Source of the DNA: Ostreococcus lucimarinus | Taxonomy: Eukaryota | Length of the DNA: 64,000 nucleotides | NCBI GenBank assembly: GCA_000092065.1 | Contig: CP000585.1 | Reading direction: 5' to 3' (one strand) | Part shown: piece by piece, positions 17,879 through 27,307 of the stretch | Layout of the letters: each line of letters starts with the position of its first letter | Position numbering within the stretch: the first letter of the stretch is position 1 | Program-made: the position numbers and the translations under genes | The notes under the pieces: model-generated | Database searches by the model: none | Told to the model about the DNA's origin: nothing | The model's input: the letters and a program-made list of their open reading frames with translations, nothing else

Positions 17879-19873
17879 CTAGCGCGAATCTACGGCGACG
17901 CGACTTTCGGCTAGCAGCTCGCGCAGGGCTCGGTTTAAGACGACGATGAGCTCGGTGAAATCCGGTCGAGCGTCGGGGGCGGTTTGCCAAGCGGGCACGA
18001 TGACGTCGTCGACCAACGCGCGGACGACGACGTCGTCGCGCGCGAACGGCGGCGCGTCCAGCGGTAGACGCTGCGATTGGATGGCGACGGCGAAGATGAT
18101 TTGCATGTGGTTCGCGAACCACTCCCAGGGGATCGACCGCGCGAGTGATTCCCACAGAAGGACGGAGAAGGAGAAGACGTCGCATTTGGTCGTCACCGCG
18201 TCGGCGTCGCCGTGAAAAAGCTCTGGAGCCATGTACGCGGGCGTTCCGGCGGTTCCGGCGGACGCGCCGCCGGCGCTCGTCGCCGAACCGCCGGCGCTGA
18301 GCAACGTCCGCTCAAGCGCGCGCGCGATGCCGAAATCCGCAACTTTGGCGCCACGGCCGTTGAGAAGCACGTTGTGCGATTTCAAGTCTCGGTGAACGAT
18401 GCATCTGGAGTGCAAATACGCCATCGCCTGCGCTACGTCGAGCGCTATCCTCACGACGTCGTCTAGACTCACGTCGTACTGCTTGTCTTGGTGAAGAAGC
18501 GCGTGCAAGCTTCCTCCGTCCATCATTTCCTCGACTATACAAAGATGCGGCAGCTTGAGACACGCTCCAAACATGCGCACGATTTTTGGATGTCGCACCG
18601 CGCTCAACACGGCGACTTCTCTCACGAACGTCTTCAAATCGCTCTTTCCAGCACCGGGTGGGACACCGTGTAACTTTTTCACCGCGACGACGCGTTTGTT
18701 CCACTTTCCCACGTACACCGCACCGTAAGCGCCCTGACCAATTAGTCTTCCGAGTTTGATGTTGCTGAGATGAATTTCAACGACGTCGTCGTCGTCGTCG
18801 GAAACCGTATTCGCATCCTTTGCGCTCTCCGCGTACGTCGCGAGCGACGCTTCGAATAAATCACCGTTGGTAGTTTTCTTTGCGCCTCGACGCGATGGAT
18901 GTGAGCCAGTGTTTATACGAGCCGTATCATCACCAGCGCGAGCGACCACGCCCTCCAAATCGTAATCTTTTGTTCTGAAGCATTGACCCGGTAACATGAG
19001 TGTATTTTTACGCTTCGCCGGCGCGATGATTTCATCGACGTCGACGTTTGCGAGCGGCACATCGTCGTCTTTACCAAACATGCACGATATCAACTGACGG
19101 ATAATTTCAATCATGAATACTAAGACGACCAGACAAGCGACGAGAAGCGCGCTCATCGTGCTTCCGTTTCTTAACCACGCCGTGCCGCCCGCCGCCGCTT
19201 GTGCGATGACGCCACCCTGCGCGACGACTGTTGGTCCACCCTGCGCGACGACTGTCGGTGGTTTTGGCGGCGCCGGTGGCGCTGGTGGAGGAAACGGTGG
19301 AGGCGATGGGACTACTCGTCCACAGCAGAACTGGTACTCTCTCCGAGCACACGTTCCGTCATCGATGAAGCTCACGGCGGAGTTCTCCATAAAGACCGGC
19401 GAGTTGCACCAGACACCGTTCACGGCGACTCGAAGGATGTTCGAGGGAATGTCGCCATTTGTGACGTAGCCAGTGAATGAAAATTGTCTTCGAGGGATGC
19501 CAAGTTGATTTACGACGCGTGCTGGCTGCCCTGAAGGCCCGCCTGGATTGATGAGCAACGCGTCCTCGACTCTGCCTTCGTGCACGCCCTGCCCGTTCGG
19601 AAAGATCCAAGCGACTTGCCAGCTCGCCAGTGCCTCTGGATGAACACTCGTCATTGTAAACGTACCGGTGAATAGATTTAAATCATCGTCGTCGCTCTCT
19701 GCCGAGAGCTCCGTGGCGTACGCGACATCTATGCTGCACCTCGCGCAAGGTCGCGTCGAGTCGTCGCACTCGCGACAAGTTTGCGCCAAGCTGCTCCGTA
19801 TAGGCAAGACGAGCGCGCCGAGGGCGCCTACAATTATCCGTACCGAGACATAACCCCGATGACATTTCTTCAT
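17879..19873 (-). CDS. Receptor-like Ser/Thr protein kinase (TKL-type) with a signal peptide, Cys/Pro-rich ectodomain, one TM helix and a cytosolic kinase domain.
   Basis: The ATG at 19873 begins MKKCHRGYVSVRIIVGALGALVLPIRSSLAQ (signal peptide). A PPPFPPPAPPAPPKPP stalk follows. The TM helix reads STMSALLVACLVVLVFMIEII. Kinase motifs are GQGAYGAVYVG, VAVKKL, HRDLKSHNVLL, DFGIAR and PAYMAPE. Confidence 0.75.
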   Translation of the reverse strand: MKKCHRGYVSVRIIVGALGALVLPIRSSLAQTCRECDDSTRPCARCSIDVAYATELSAESDDDDLNLFTGTFTMTSVHPEALASWQVAWIFPNGQGVHEGRVEDALLINPGGPSGQPARVVNQLGIPRRQFSFTGYVTNGDIPSNILRVAVNGVWCNSPVFMENSAVSFIDDGTCARREYQFCCGRVVPSPPPFPPPAPPAPPKPPTVVAQGGPTVVAQGGVIAQAAAGGTAWLRNGSTMSALLVACLVVLVFMIEIIRQLISCMFGKDDDVPLANVDVDEIIAPAKRKNTLMLPGQCFRTKDYDLEGVVARAGDDTARINTGSHPSRRGAKKTTNGDLFEASLATYAESAKDANTVSDDDDDVVEIHLSNIKLGRLIGQGAYGAVYVGKWNKRVVAVKKLHGVPPGAGKSDLKTFVREVAVLSAVRHPKIVRMFGACLKLPHLCIVEEMMDGGSLHALLHQDKQYDVSLDDVVRIALDVAQAMAYLHSRCIVHRDLKSHNVLLNGRGAKVADFGIARALERTLLSAGGSATSAGGASAGTAGTPAYMAPELFHGDADAVTTKCDVFSFSVLLWESLARSIPWEWFANHMQIIFAVAIQSQRLPLDAPPFARDDVVVRALVDDVIVPAWQTAPDARPDFTELIVVLNRALRELLAESRVAVDSR

Positions 19874-19963
19874 CTGCGCGCGCGAGCATGTCACGACGAG
19901 ACCCGCTCGAGATGGCGAACCGTTACATTCGAGGCGACCTCGCCGACGCAAACGTCAGCCGCC

Positions 19964-20752
19964 TTAACTTTCTTCGATTCCATCGCCATCGTCTTCGCTC
20001 GCGCCGTCGCCTTCCCCGCTGAACGTCACCTTTTTACGAACACGTCGCACGCTCATCGCGCTCGCACCGAACGCGCCCAACGACGAATCGCCGCCGCTCC
20101 CCGTCATCGCCCACGGCGCGACGCCGTCGCCGCCGCGCATCGTCTGCGCCACCATCGACCGCACGCCGCTCGTCCTCGCCCCCGGTCCGCACTCTCCTCG
20201 ATCGAACCCACCTCCTATAATCCCTCCGCGTCCTCGTCCTGCCGCGAACACGTGCCCAGACCTCGGTCCCGCGCCCGTCCCCGCCGACGCCGGCGGCGGC
20301 GCCTTCATCGCGTACCGATCGCTCTCCCACGCCTCCTCGTCTCGACTCAGCCGCACCAACACCCGTCCCGACGCATCATCTTCCCTCACTTCGTGCACGC
20401 GCTGTTTTCGCGCGATCCCGACGTATTCACCGTTCAAATCTCTGTACACGCGTTCGCCCGTCGTCAGCGCGACGTGATACCGGTGCCACGGGCACACCGC
20501 GCACGCCCCTCGCCCCGGCACCTCCTCGATCTCCGCCCACAGCAGCGGTCCGCCCATGTGATAGCACGTCGCGTCGATCGCGTGCAAGCGCGCGCTCGGC
20601 GCCGGCGCGCGCACGAGCGCGAGGTGTCGTCCCGCGACGCACACCGCGCGCCGCGCGTTCGACCGGGACACCTCTTCGACGCCGCAGACGTCGTGCCAGC
20701 CGTCGTCGCGCGCCGTCGCGTCGCGCGTCGCGCGCGCGGCGTTCGCGCGCAT
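19964..20752 (-). CDS. Rieske [2Fe-2S] domain protein.
   Basis: The ATG at 20752 is verified. Rieske boxes read CYHMGGPL (CxH) and CAVCPWHRY (CxxH), separated by about 17 residues. Confidence 0.6.
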   Translation of the reverse strand: MRANAARATRDATARDDGWHDVCGVEEVSRSNARRAVCVAGRHLALVRAPAPSARLHAIDATCYHMGGPLLWAEIEEVPGRGACAVCPWHRYHVALTTGERVYRDLNGEYVGIARKQRVHEVREDDASGRVLVRLSRDEEAWESDRYAMKAPPPASAGTGAGPRSGHVFAAGRGRGGIIGGGFDRGECGPGARTSGVRSMVAQTMRGGDGVAPWAMTGSGGDSSLGAFGASAMSVRRVRKKVTFSGEGDGASEDDGDGIEES

Positions 20753-20852
20753 CGCGTCGTCCGCGCTCGAGCGCGCGCGACGCGATCGCGGCGCAGTGCC
20801 GCGCGCGAGAGAGAGAGTTCGTTAGCCGACGCGTCAGACGCGGACGCGCGGC

Positions 20853-21329
20853 ATGTTCGTCGTCGCGCGCGCGCGCGCGACGCCCGCGCGCGCTCGGACG
20901 CGCGCCGAGGCGAAGGCGCGCGCGTCGACGCGCGCGACGCGCGCGACGCGCGCGACGCCGCGCGCGAAGGCGACGTTTGGGTTTCGTCGACGAGAGTTCG
21001 TGAACGCGCTGACGACGTTCGGCGTGCTCGCGCTGTTCGACCGGTCCTCGGACGAGGACGAGGACGAGGAGGAGGAGGAGGAGGAGGAGGAGACGCTGGT
21101 GGACGAAGACGGGCGCGCGGTGTGGTACGACGAGGAGACGGAGGCGTATTATTACTACGAGGACGAAGACGGCGAGGCGTTCGCGGAGGAGGAGGAGGAG
21201 GAGGAGGAGGAGGAGGAAGAATACGTCGACGAGGAAGACGACGAGGCGTACGTCGGAGAAGACGAGGAGGCGCGCGAGGGTGAGGACGAGGCGTATCGCG
21301 ACGACGCGGAGGAGGAGGACGAAGGATGA
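20853..21329 (+). CDS. Small hyper-acidic protein. It has a basic N-terminus, one hydrophobic segment, and then poly-E/D runs interspersed with Y/W.
   Basis: The ATG is at 20853. Basic region: MFVVARARATPARARTRAEAKARASTRATRATRATPRAKATFGFRRREF. Hydrophobic segment: VNALTTFGVLALF. Acidic region: DRSSDEDEDEEEEEEEEETLVDEDGRAVWYDEETEAYYYYEDEDGEAFAEEEEEEEEEEEEYVDEEDDEAYVGEDEEAREGEDEAYRDDAEEEDEG. The coding (GAG)n runs are at 21058-21095 and 21181-21216. Confidence 0.45.
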   Translation: MFVVARARATPARARTRAEAKARASTRATRATRATPRAKATFGFRRREFVNALTTFGVLALFDRSSDEDEDEEEEEEEEETLVDEDGRAVWYDEETEAYYYYEDEDGEAFAEEEEEEEEEEEEYVDEEDDEAYVGEDEEAREGEDEAYRDDAEEEDEG

Positions 21330-21400
21330 ATTACGTTTCGTTTCCGGCGGACGCGACGCTCGACTAATACTACGAGCGCGCGCGCGCGCGCGGCGCGGTC

Positions 21401-22204
21401 TCAAGATTCCACGACGTCTTCACGCAGTAATACGTAATCTCTCGAGCTGTGAGCAAACTTGATGACGTCCTTGGACTTTAACCGCACGTACGCTTTGGCT
21501 TCGATCGCGCGCTTGTTCACGCGCGTCCCGTTCGCGCTTCCCAAATCGTACGCGTACGGTTCGCTCCCGCGCCCGTCGTCTAAATCTCGAAACTGAATCA
21601 CGCAGTGCTGCTTCGAACAGCTCGGGTGGTCGCTCGGAATATCCACCACCGCTCGATCGCGTCCAATCAGATAACTCGTCTTCGAACCGGACAACTTGTA
21701 CGGCGGCTCGCACTCGACGTCCCCCTTGAAGCAATACAACCGCCACGCCGCGCTCGGCGGTTTTGCCTCCCCCAGCGGCTCGCTATGTTTCAGCGCCACC
21801 CCTCGCACCGAGTTCGTCTCCGCGGCGAGCAATCCGCTCAGCGCAAAGTTCGCTTCCTCCTTCGGAACCTTCGGCGCGTCCTCCGCCGCCGCCGCGCCGA
21901 CGCCGCCGTACGTCCCTCCATCGCCCGGTCTCGCGAGCGCCGCCCGCGCGCCCGCGCCCGCGCGCGCGTCGTCGCGAGCGCCGTCTCGCGCGTCGCGATC
22001 GCGCGAGTCATCGCGTCGTCGCCGCGTCGTCCGCGCGTTCGAATCGTCGTCGTCCGCCTCCCGCGAGCGTTCGTCTCGACCTCGCGCGCGTCCCGCGACC
22101 GAGCACGACCCCGCGCGTCGCGCGCGATCGTCGTCGTCATCGTCGTCGCGCGTCGACCGCGCGCGCGCGGTGTCCAGGTCACCGTCGCGCGCGCGCGCCG
22201 TCAT
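21401..22204 (-). CDS. FHA-domain protein, SNIP1/Pml1-like, with an R/D-rich N-terminus.
   Basis: The C-terminal FHA domain reads PYKLSGSKTSYLIGRDRAVVDIPSDHPSCSKQHCVIQFRDL...YAYDLGSANGTRVNKRAIEAKAYVRLKSKDVIKF. The only in-frame ATG upstream of the FHA domain is at 22204 (MTARARDGDLDT...). The track start at 22723 is GTG and lies antisense to the helicase gene. Confidence 0.55.
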   Translation of the reverse strand: MTARARDGDLDTARARSTRDDDDDDDRARRAGSCSVAGRARGRDERSREADDDDSNARTTRRRRDDSRDRDARDGARDDARAGAGARAALARPGDGGTYGGVGAAAAEDAPKVPKEEANFALSGLLAAETNSVRGVALKHSEPLGEAKPPSAAWRLYCFKGDVECEPPYKLSGSKTSYLIGRDRAVVDIPSDHPSCSKQHCVIQFRDLDDGRGSEPYAYDLGSANGTRVNKRAIEAKAYVRLKSKDVIKFAHSSRDYVLLREDVVES

Positions 22205-22258
22205 GACGAAACGAATCCAATCTTCGGCGCCGCGGAGTGGCGCCACTCGCGCGCGCGC

Positions 22259-22259
22259 C

Positions 22260-22300
<41 letters not shown>
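22259..22300. repeat. (GAC/GTC)n trinucleotide microsatellite of about 14 units. Similar runs occur at 1021-1050, 32208-32232 and 55181-55200.
   Basis: The run gacgacgacgacgacgacgacgacgacgacgac is read directly. Confidence 0.8.
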
Positions 22301-22302
<2 letters not shown>

Positions 22303-22321
22303 CATCGCTCGCGCGACCGCG

Positions 22322-22392
22322 CATGCTCGCGCTCGCGCGTCGCGCGTGCGGCGCGACGCGACGAATGCGCGCGGCGGCGGCGGCGGCGCGAC

Positions 22393-22430
<38 letters not shown>

Positions 22431-23945
22431 CGAACGGCGACGCGCGGACGCGCGCGGACGTGGACGCGCGGCGCGGTGGCGTGGACGCGCGCGGACGCGG
22501 GCGCGAGCGCGACGACGGTCGGGACGCGGCGCGGGGAGGCGCGAGGGACGGCGCGAGGGACGGCGACGACGACGCGAGGGACGTTCGAGGACGCGGGATT
22601 GACGGACGAGAGCCTGCGACGGGCGCTGGAGAACATGAACATCGTGGAACCTACGGAGATACAGACGAAGGCGATCGATGTCATCGGTCGAGGGGCGGGG
22701 AACGCGTTCGTCGCGTCGCACACGGGGAGCGGGAAGACGTTGGCGTACTTGTTGCCGGTGATTCAACGCATGAAGGCGGCGGAGATCGCGGCGGGGGATC
22801 GGTTGGCGAAACCGAAGAGACCGAAAGTGGTCGTGGCGTGCCCGACGCGAGAGCTGGCGGAACAAGTCGCGGAGGTGGCGAAGGCGTTGAGTCACGTGGC
22901 GAAATTTAGTTCGTATTTAGTCGTCGGAGGTAGACGTTTAGGGACGCAAAAGGAGCGGTTAGACTCCGCGATCGATGTCGTGATCGGGACTCCGGGTCGA
23001 TTGATCAAGCACGTCGATCAGGGGAACTTATTCTTGGGGAGCGTGGACGCGATGGTGTTGGACGAGGCGGACACGCTCTTTGAAGCCGGATTTGGCGACG
23101 AGGTAAAGCGGTTGTTACGACCACTCAAGGCGCGTCCAGAGGGAAAGACGTGCGTCCTCGTCTCGGCCACCATGCCGGATCGACTAAAGAAGCTCGTGGA
23201 CGAGGAGCTTCCGGCTTTGCAGTACATTAAGACGGATTCATTGCATCGCTCCGCGCCAGGGCTCAAGCACCGCTTCGTCGACTGTCCGGGCGACGTGGAC
23301 AAGATGACGGTGCTCGAGCAAATCGTCGCGCCCGAGCACAAACAGGGGAAAAAGCTGATGATCTTTTGCAACACGCTTCCCTCGTGCATCGCGGTCGAGC
23401 GCACCATGTTCGAGGCAGATATTCGCACCGTGCAGTACCACGGCGACATGACGAGCGACGCTCGCGCCGACGCCATGCGCGAATTCATCGACGCCGACGC
23501 CGACGAAAACCTCACCATGGTGTGCACCGACCTCGCCGCTAGAGGTTTGGATTTTGGTCGCGTCAAGGTCGATCACGTGGTGAACTTTGACTTCCCCATG
23601 AACTCGCTCGACTACATTCACCGCTCCGGTCGCACCGCTCGCGCGGGCGCCGGCGGTAAAGTCACCAACCTCGTCGCCAAAAAGGACCGCGTTCTCGCGA
23701 GCGAGATCGACAACGCCGTCAAGCTCGGTCTGCCGATCGACAACGCCACGAGCTCACGCGCCGTGAGCGAAGCTCGCAAGAAAAAATCCATCGCCGACGC
23801 TCGCGACAGGCGCACCGGAGGCCGTTCTCGCGCCAAGCCGAGCACCGTGCGCGATTCCAAACCTTCCAACCGCGGTCGTCGCGGCGCCGCGCGGTTCACC
23901 ACGGACGACACTAAGACTAAGCCTTCCAACCGAGGTCGTCGCTGA
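22322..23945 (+). CDS. DEAD-box ATP-dependent RNA helicase with an N-terminal targeting-like extension.
   Basis: Motif I reads ASHTGSGKTLAYLLP and motif Ia reads ACPTRELAEQV. GTPGRL is present. Motif II reads VLDEADTLF and motif III reads SAT. Motif V reads ARGLDF and motif VI reads HRSGRTARAG. The C-terminus carries a tandem 10-aa duplication KPSNRGRRGA...KPSNRGRR. The start is placed at the ATG at 22322 (MLALARRACG...). An alternative in-frame ATG at 22204 shares a palindromic TCATGA with the FHA gene start. Confidence 0.75.
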
Positions 23946-24232
23946 CCTCCTTGTAACACGCGTCGCATCACATCGCACCGCTCCGTCCCGCGCCCGCGCG
24001 ACCCGGTGGCCGAGCGACCGGTGCCGTTGGTGGTCGTTATCCAACCCACCCGACCGTCGTCACTCGCGCGCGCGCCGCCTCTCGTCGGCGTCGTCCGTCG
24101 CGAAACGAGCGAAACCGTCACCGCGGCGAAGCGCCCGGTCGTTCGAAGCGGCGTCACGCGCGCGCGCGACGCCAAAGTCGCGAACGCGTCGTCGTTCGAG
24201 TTATCCAAACGCCTTCGTTCCATTCTCCGCGG

Positions 24233-25112
24233 ATGAAATTGCTCGTCGAGCCGGACGTGGCGGCGTTGAACGCGTTCCTGACGAACGTGAACGTCGGAGA
24301 CTACGTCGTGAGCGGACAGGTGGAGAGTTACAGCTGTGCGTGCGCGAAGCGAGGCGAGGCGAGGGGACGCGCGAGCGCGAGGGGGCGAACGGGACGACGC
24401 GACGGCGCGGGACGGGATGACTGACGATGGAAACGCGAATGGACGGTGATGTGATGCAGGTAAATTAGCGGGCACTGATAAGAAATTGTCGCGCTCGCTC
24501 GATGCGGAGGTGGTGACGGAGATTGTGTCGAGCTGCTCGCCGACGAACCTGAGCACGTCGCCGGTGGGGCCGTTGACGGATCAAAACAGTCGGAAGACGT
24601 TAATTTATCTTATACTGACTCTGAATCACATCTATCCGGATTACGACTTCAGTAGTTTGCGCGCGGAGCATTTCACCAAGGAAGGGACGCTGAGCGACGT
24701 GAAGACGGACATAGATACGTTGCTCATGGAGAGTAGTAAAGTTTGGGCGGCGCGGTACGGGAACGAGGAGCCTTTTCTCGAGGTTTTGTGGAAGACGATC
24801 GATGCCGCGATCGAAGTGTTTGATTGCGACGTGTATTCTTACAAAGCCGTGGCCGAGGGTGATCCGTTCACAGACGACGGTAATCTGTGGTCGTTCAATT
24901 ACTTCTTCTACAACAAAAAGCTGAAGAGAATTCTCTACTTCACGATGCACGCGACTTCAAAGACGATGTTAGACTTAGACTCCGACGACGAACTCGACTT
25001 GGACGAGTCGAATGACCAAACAGGCGGAACGGGGTACAATTCCTACGATGGATCGTACCGAGAATCATTCGGTAACGATGACTCGATGGTCTTTGACGAG
25101 ATGGACCTATGA
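24233..25112 (+). CDS. MAF1: Maf1, repressor of RNA polymerase III transcription. The coding sequence is split into two exons by one spliceosomal intron.
   Basis: Exon 1 (ATG 24233) reads MKLLVEPDVAALNAFLTNVNVGDYVVSGQVESYSCA, which matches the Maf1 N-terminal box (human MKLLENSSFEAINSQL...IESYSCK). Exon 2 reads ...PVGPLTDQNSRKTLIYLILTLNHIYPDYDFSSLRAEHF and ...DPFTDDGNLWSFNYFFYNKKLKRILYF, the Maf1 PDYDFS and WSFNYFFYNKK signature boxes. The two ORFs are in different frames and are separated by in-frame stops. Joining them needs a GT..AG intron of about 190-215 nt. Confidence 0.7.
24340..24552 (+). other. Putative spliceosomal intron of MAF1 (donor gc|GTGCGC). The phase-compatible acceptor is ...cctgAG|c at about 24552; an alternative is ...gtcgAG|c at about 24531.
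   Basis: Phase analysis: exon 1 ends in phase 2 after ...tgt gc. Either AG restores ...SYSCA|(A)TSPVGPLTDQNSRKTL in frame. An in-frame TGA at 24422 excludes read-through. Coordinates are ±2 nt. Confidence 0.45.
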
Positions 25113-25170
25113 GAAAAATAGCGAGCCGTGGTTTCTTGTATTACAGTACAACGTGTAACAACTCTACAAC

Positions 25171-27045
25171 TTAGCCGAGGTGTTCGCCTTTCGAATCGCG
25201 GCGCAATTTACGAATAGCGTTGGAAAATTTCTTGCGTACAGTTTTCCGGCTCGCGGCGTACAGTGCGCACGCGAGAAGCATGACGATGACGAGATTACGA
25301 GACTGCTGCGCGGAGTGCGCCGCAGCGTCCTCAGCGAGTTGAATCTTGGCTTCCGCTTCGCGAAGCTTCAGTTTGACGTCCTGGTCGACCTTTTCGGGTT
25401 CTTCGCCAGATTTTTGAGAAGTGGGTCGATTTGATCGCGTGAGTTGCGGCTTTTCGATCACTTTAGCCCCGTCTCGCTTCGCTTCCTCACGCGCCACTTC
25501 TGCAGCGTGCGGGCGCTCCTCCTCGACGTGCACCTTTTTTGCTTCGACGTGCACCTTTTCTTCTTCGACGTGTGTCTCTTCCTCGGTCTGTTTGCTCTTC
25601 ATCGCCTTGATGGGTTGTGCAGACGGCAGTGGCACATGAAGTATGTTGAGGGATTCTTCGCACGGTTTCGCCAACGATGCGGACGGCATGCTCTTGACGT
25701 CCCAGAGACAGGACGTGATCAATCCGTATCCACTCTGCACTCCTCCGCAATTTTCTTTGATATCCGCCTCGCACACGTCCTTGACTTTTTCTTCCGCGTG
25801 CCAGAACTCATACACTCGAGCTTGCGCAGCCTTATACTCTTGATGACACTCCTTCGTTATGATGCTCTTGCGCCCGCCCGGTTTTCCGAACTCCATGAAT
25901 GTTTCCAGCGCAACCTTCTCTTCAGACTTGATGACGTATTCGACGCAATCAAAATAACTTCTCGAAATTACTGGAATCTTTTTCATGAGGTGGTCGTACA
26001 TATCCTTCGCGTTTTGTTGCGGCGCGCGGTGTCGTCGACCGTTTCGATTACGGTAGCTCGTGCGTCCGCCACGATCGTCGTTCATGAACCAGTGATCTTC
26101 CTTCTGTTCGCCTGCTTCCAAGGCGCCACCTCTGAAGCCCAAATCCCCCGCCGCGTTGATCATCCTTTTTTTATCACCGTTCAGCTTTTGCAAGCGTTTT
26201 TGATACATGACATTGTCAGGCTCTTCTTTCAGCTTTGCCTCCACCGCGGCGATGTCGTTCTCGAGCTTCTCCGGATCGTTCGCGAGCGTGCCTTTGGGAA
26301 AGCTTTTCAGCGCATCAAACTTCATTTGTTCAGCCCTCTCTATGACTTCTTGTTTCGCTTGCGCTTCTGCTTCCTCTTTCTCTCGTTTCGCTTCTTCTTT
26401 TGACTCGCGCTCTGCGCGCCCTCTGTTCATTCTGTCGCTCAGCGATCCTCTGGAGCCTCGGCTCGGGCTCGCGCGCGAGCCGCCGCGTCGCGCCAAGAGC
26501 GATCTCGTCCCACCCACGGACCCGATCGACTCCATAGACGCCGCCGCAGCGTCAACGCTCGCTTCCTTCGCCTCCGCGCCCGTCATCGTTCGTTTCTTCT
26601 CCCTTCGCCGCGCCGCCTTCGCCGCCAACTCCTCCTCGTACCGCACCCTTCGCCACGCCTCCGCCGCCAGGTCCCTCGCCTGTCGCACGTGCGAGCACTG
26701 CTTCTTCAGCACCATCCCACACGCACCGTCCACCTCCAAATCATTCTGCGGGTGTCGCAGCGCGCGTTCAAGCGCCGTCTTCGTCTCCCACGCCTCGAGC
26801 GCGCGCTCCGCGCGCGTCCTCCTCGGCGTCTCGCCCCCCCCCCCCGTCATCGGTCGCGCCGCCCGCGCCGTTCCCGCGACGACGCCGCAGAGCGCGATCG
26901 CGACGATCGTCGCGATCGTTCGCGCCGACCCTCGATCGCCCCCTCGCGCGCGTCGTCTCGGCGCCGACGCTTCGCCGTCGTCCAATCGCGCCTTCGATGA
27001 TTTCCGACGCGCCGCGCGCGCGCCCGCGCGTCGTTCGAGCGCCAT
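25171..27045 (-). CDS. Membrane protein with an N-terminal hydrophobic anchor or signal, long charged coiled-coil regions, Cys-rich repeats resembling GLG1/ESL-1 Golgi-apparatus-protein repeats, and a C-terminal TM helix.
   Basis: N-terminal hydrophobic segment: TIATIVAIALCGVVAGTARA. Cys-rich units: DGACGMVLKKQCSHVRQARDLAAEAW, CHQEYKAAQARVYEFW and CEADIKENCGGVQSGYGLITSCLWD. C-terminal TM: LVIVMLLACALYAA. The start is uncertain. An ATG at 27318 would overlap the MMACHC start by 11 nt; the next ATGs are at 27045 (MALERR...) and 26856. Confidence 0.4.
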   Translation of the reverse strand: MALERRAGARAARRKSSKARLDDGEASAPRRRARGGDRGSARTIATIVAIALCGVVAGTARAARPMTGGGGETPRRTRAERALEAWETKTALERALRHPQNDLEVDGACGMVLKKQCSHVRQARDLAAEAWRRVRYEEELAAKAARRREKKRTMTGAEAKEASVDAAAASMESIGSVGGTRSLLARRGGSRASPSRGSRGSLSDRMNRGRAERESKEEAKREKEEAEAQAKQEVIERAEQMKFDALKSFPKGTLANDPEKLENDIAAVEAKLKEEPDNVMYQKRLQKLNGDKKRMINAAGDLGFRGGALEAGEQKEDHWFMNDDRGGRTSYRNRNGRRHRAPQQNAKDMYDHLMKKIPVISRSYFDCVEYVIKSEEKVALETFMEFGKPGGRKSIITKECHQEYKAAQARVYEFWHAEEKVKDVCEADIKENCGGVQSGYGLITSCLWDVKSMPSASLAKPCEESLNILHVPLPSAQPIKAMKSKQTEEETHVEEEKVHVEAKKVHVEEERPHAAEVAREEAKRDGAKVIEKPQLTRSNRPTSQKSGEEPEKVDQDVKLKLREAEAKIQLAEDAAAHSAQQSRNLVIVMLLACALYAASRKTVRKKFSNAIRKLRRDSKGEHLG

Positions 27046-27307
27046 CGCGCGTTCGCGCGCCGCGTCGATCGATGTCGCGCGCGCGCCGCGCTCGACGATC
27101 GGCAGCGCGTCGCGACGGCGCGCCGCGGCGTCGCGATGTCGCGCGTCGAGGCGTTGGCGCGATCGGCACGTCGCGCGGCATCGCGCGGCGCGCGCGTGGT
27201 TCGCGACGCGCGGACGCGGGACGGTGCGCGCGGTCGCCGCCGCGGGCGCGGGCGCCGGCGCGCTGACGCTCGCGCGCGCGCGGCTGGAGACGCGCGAGCG
27301 CGAAGCG

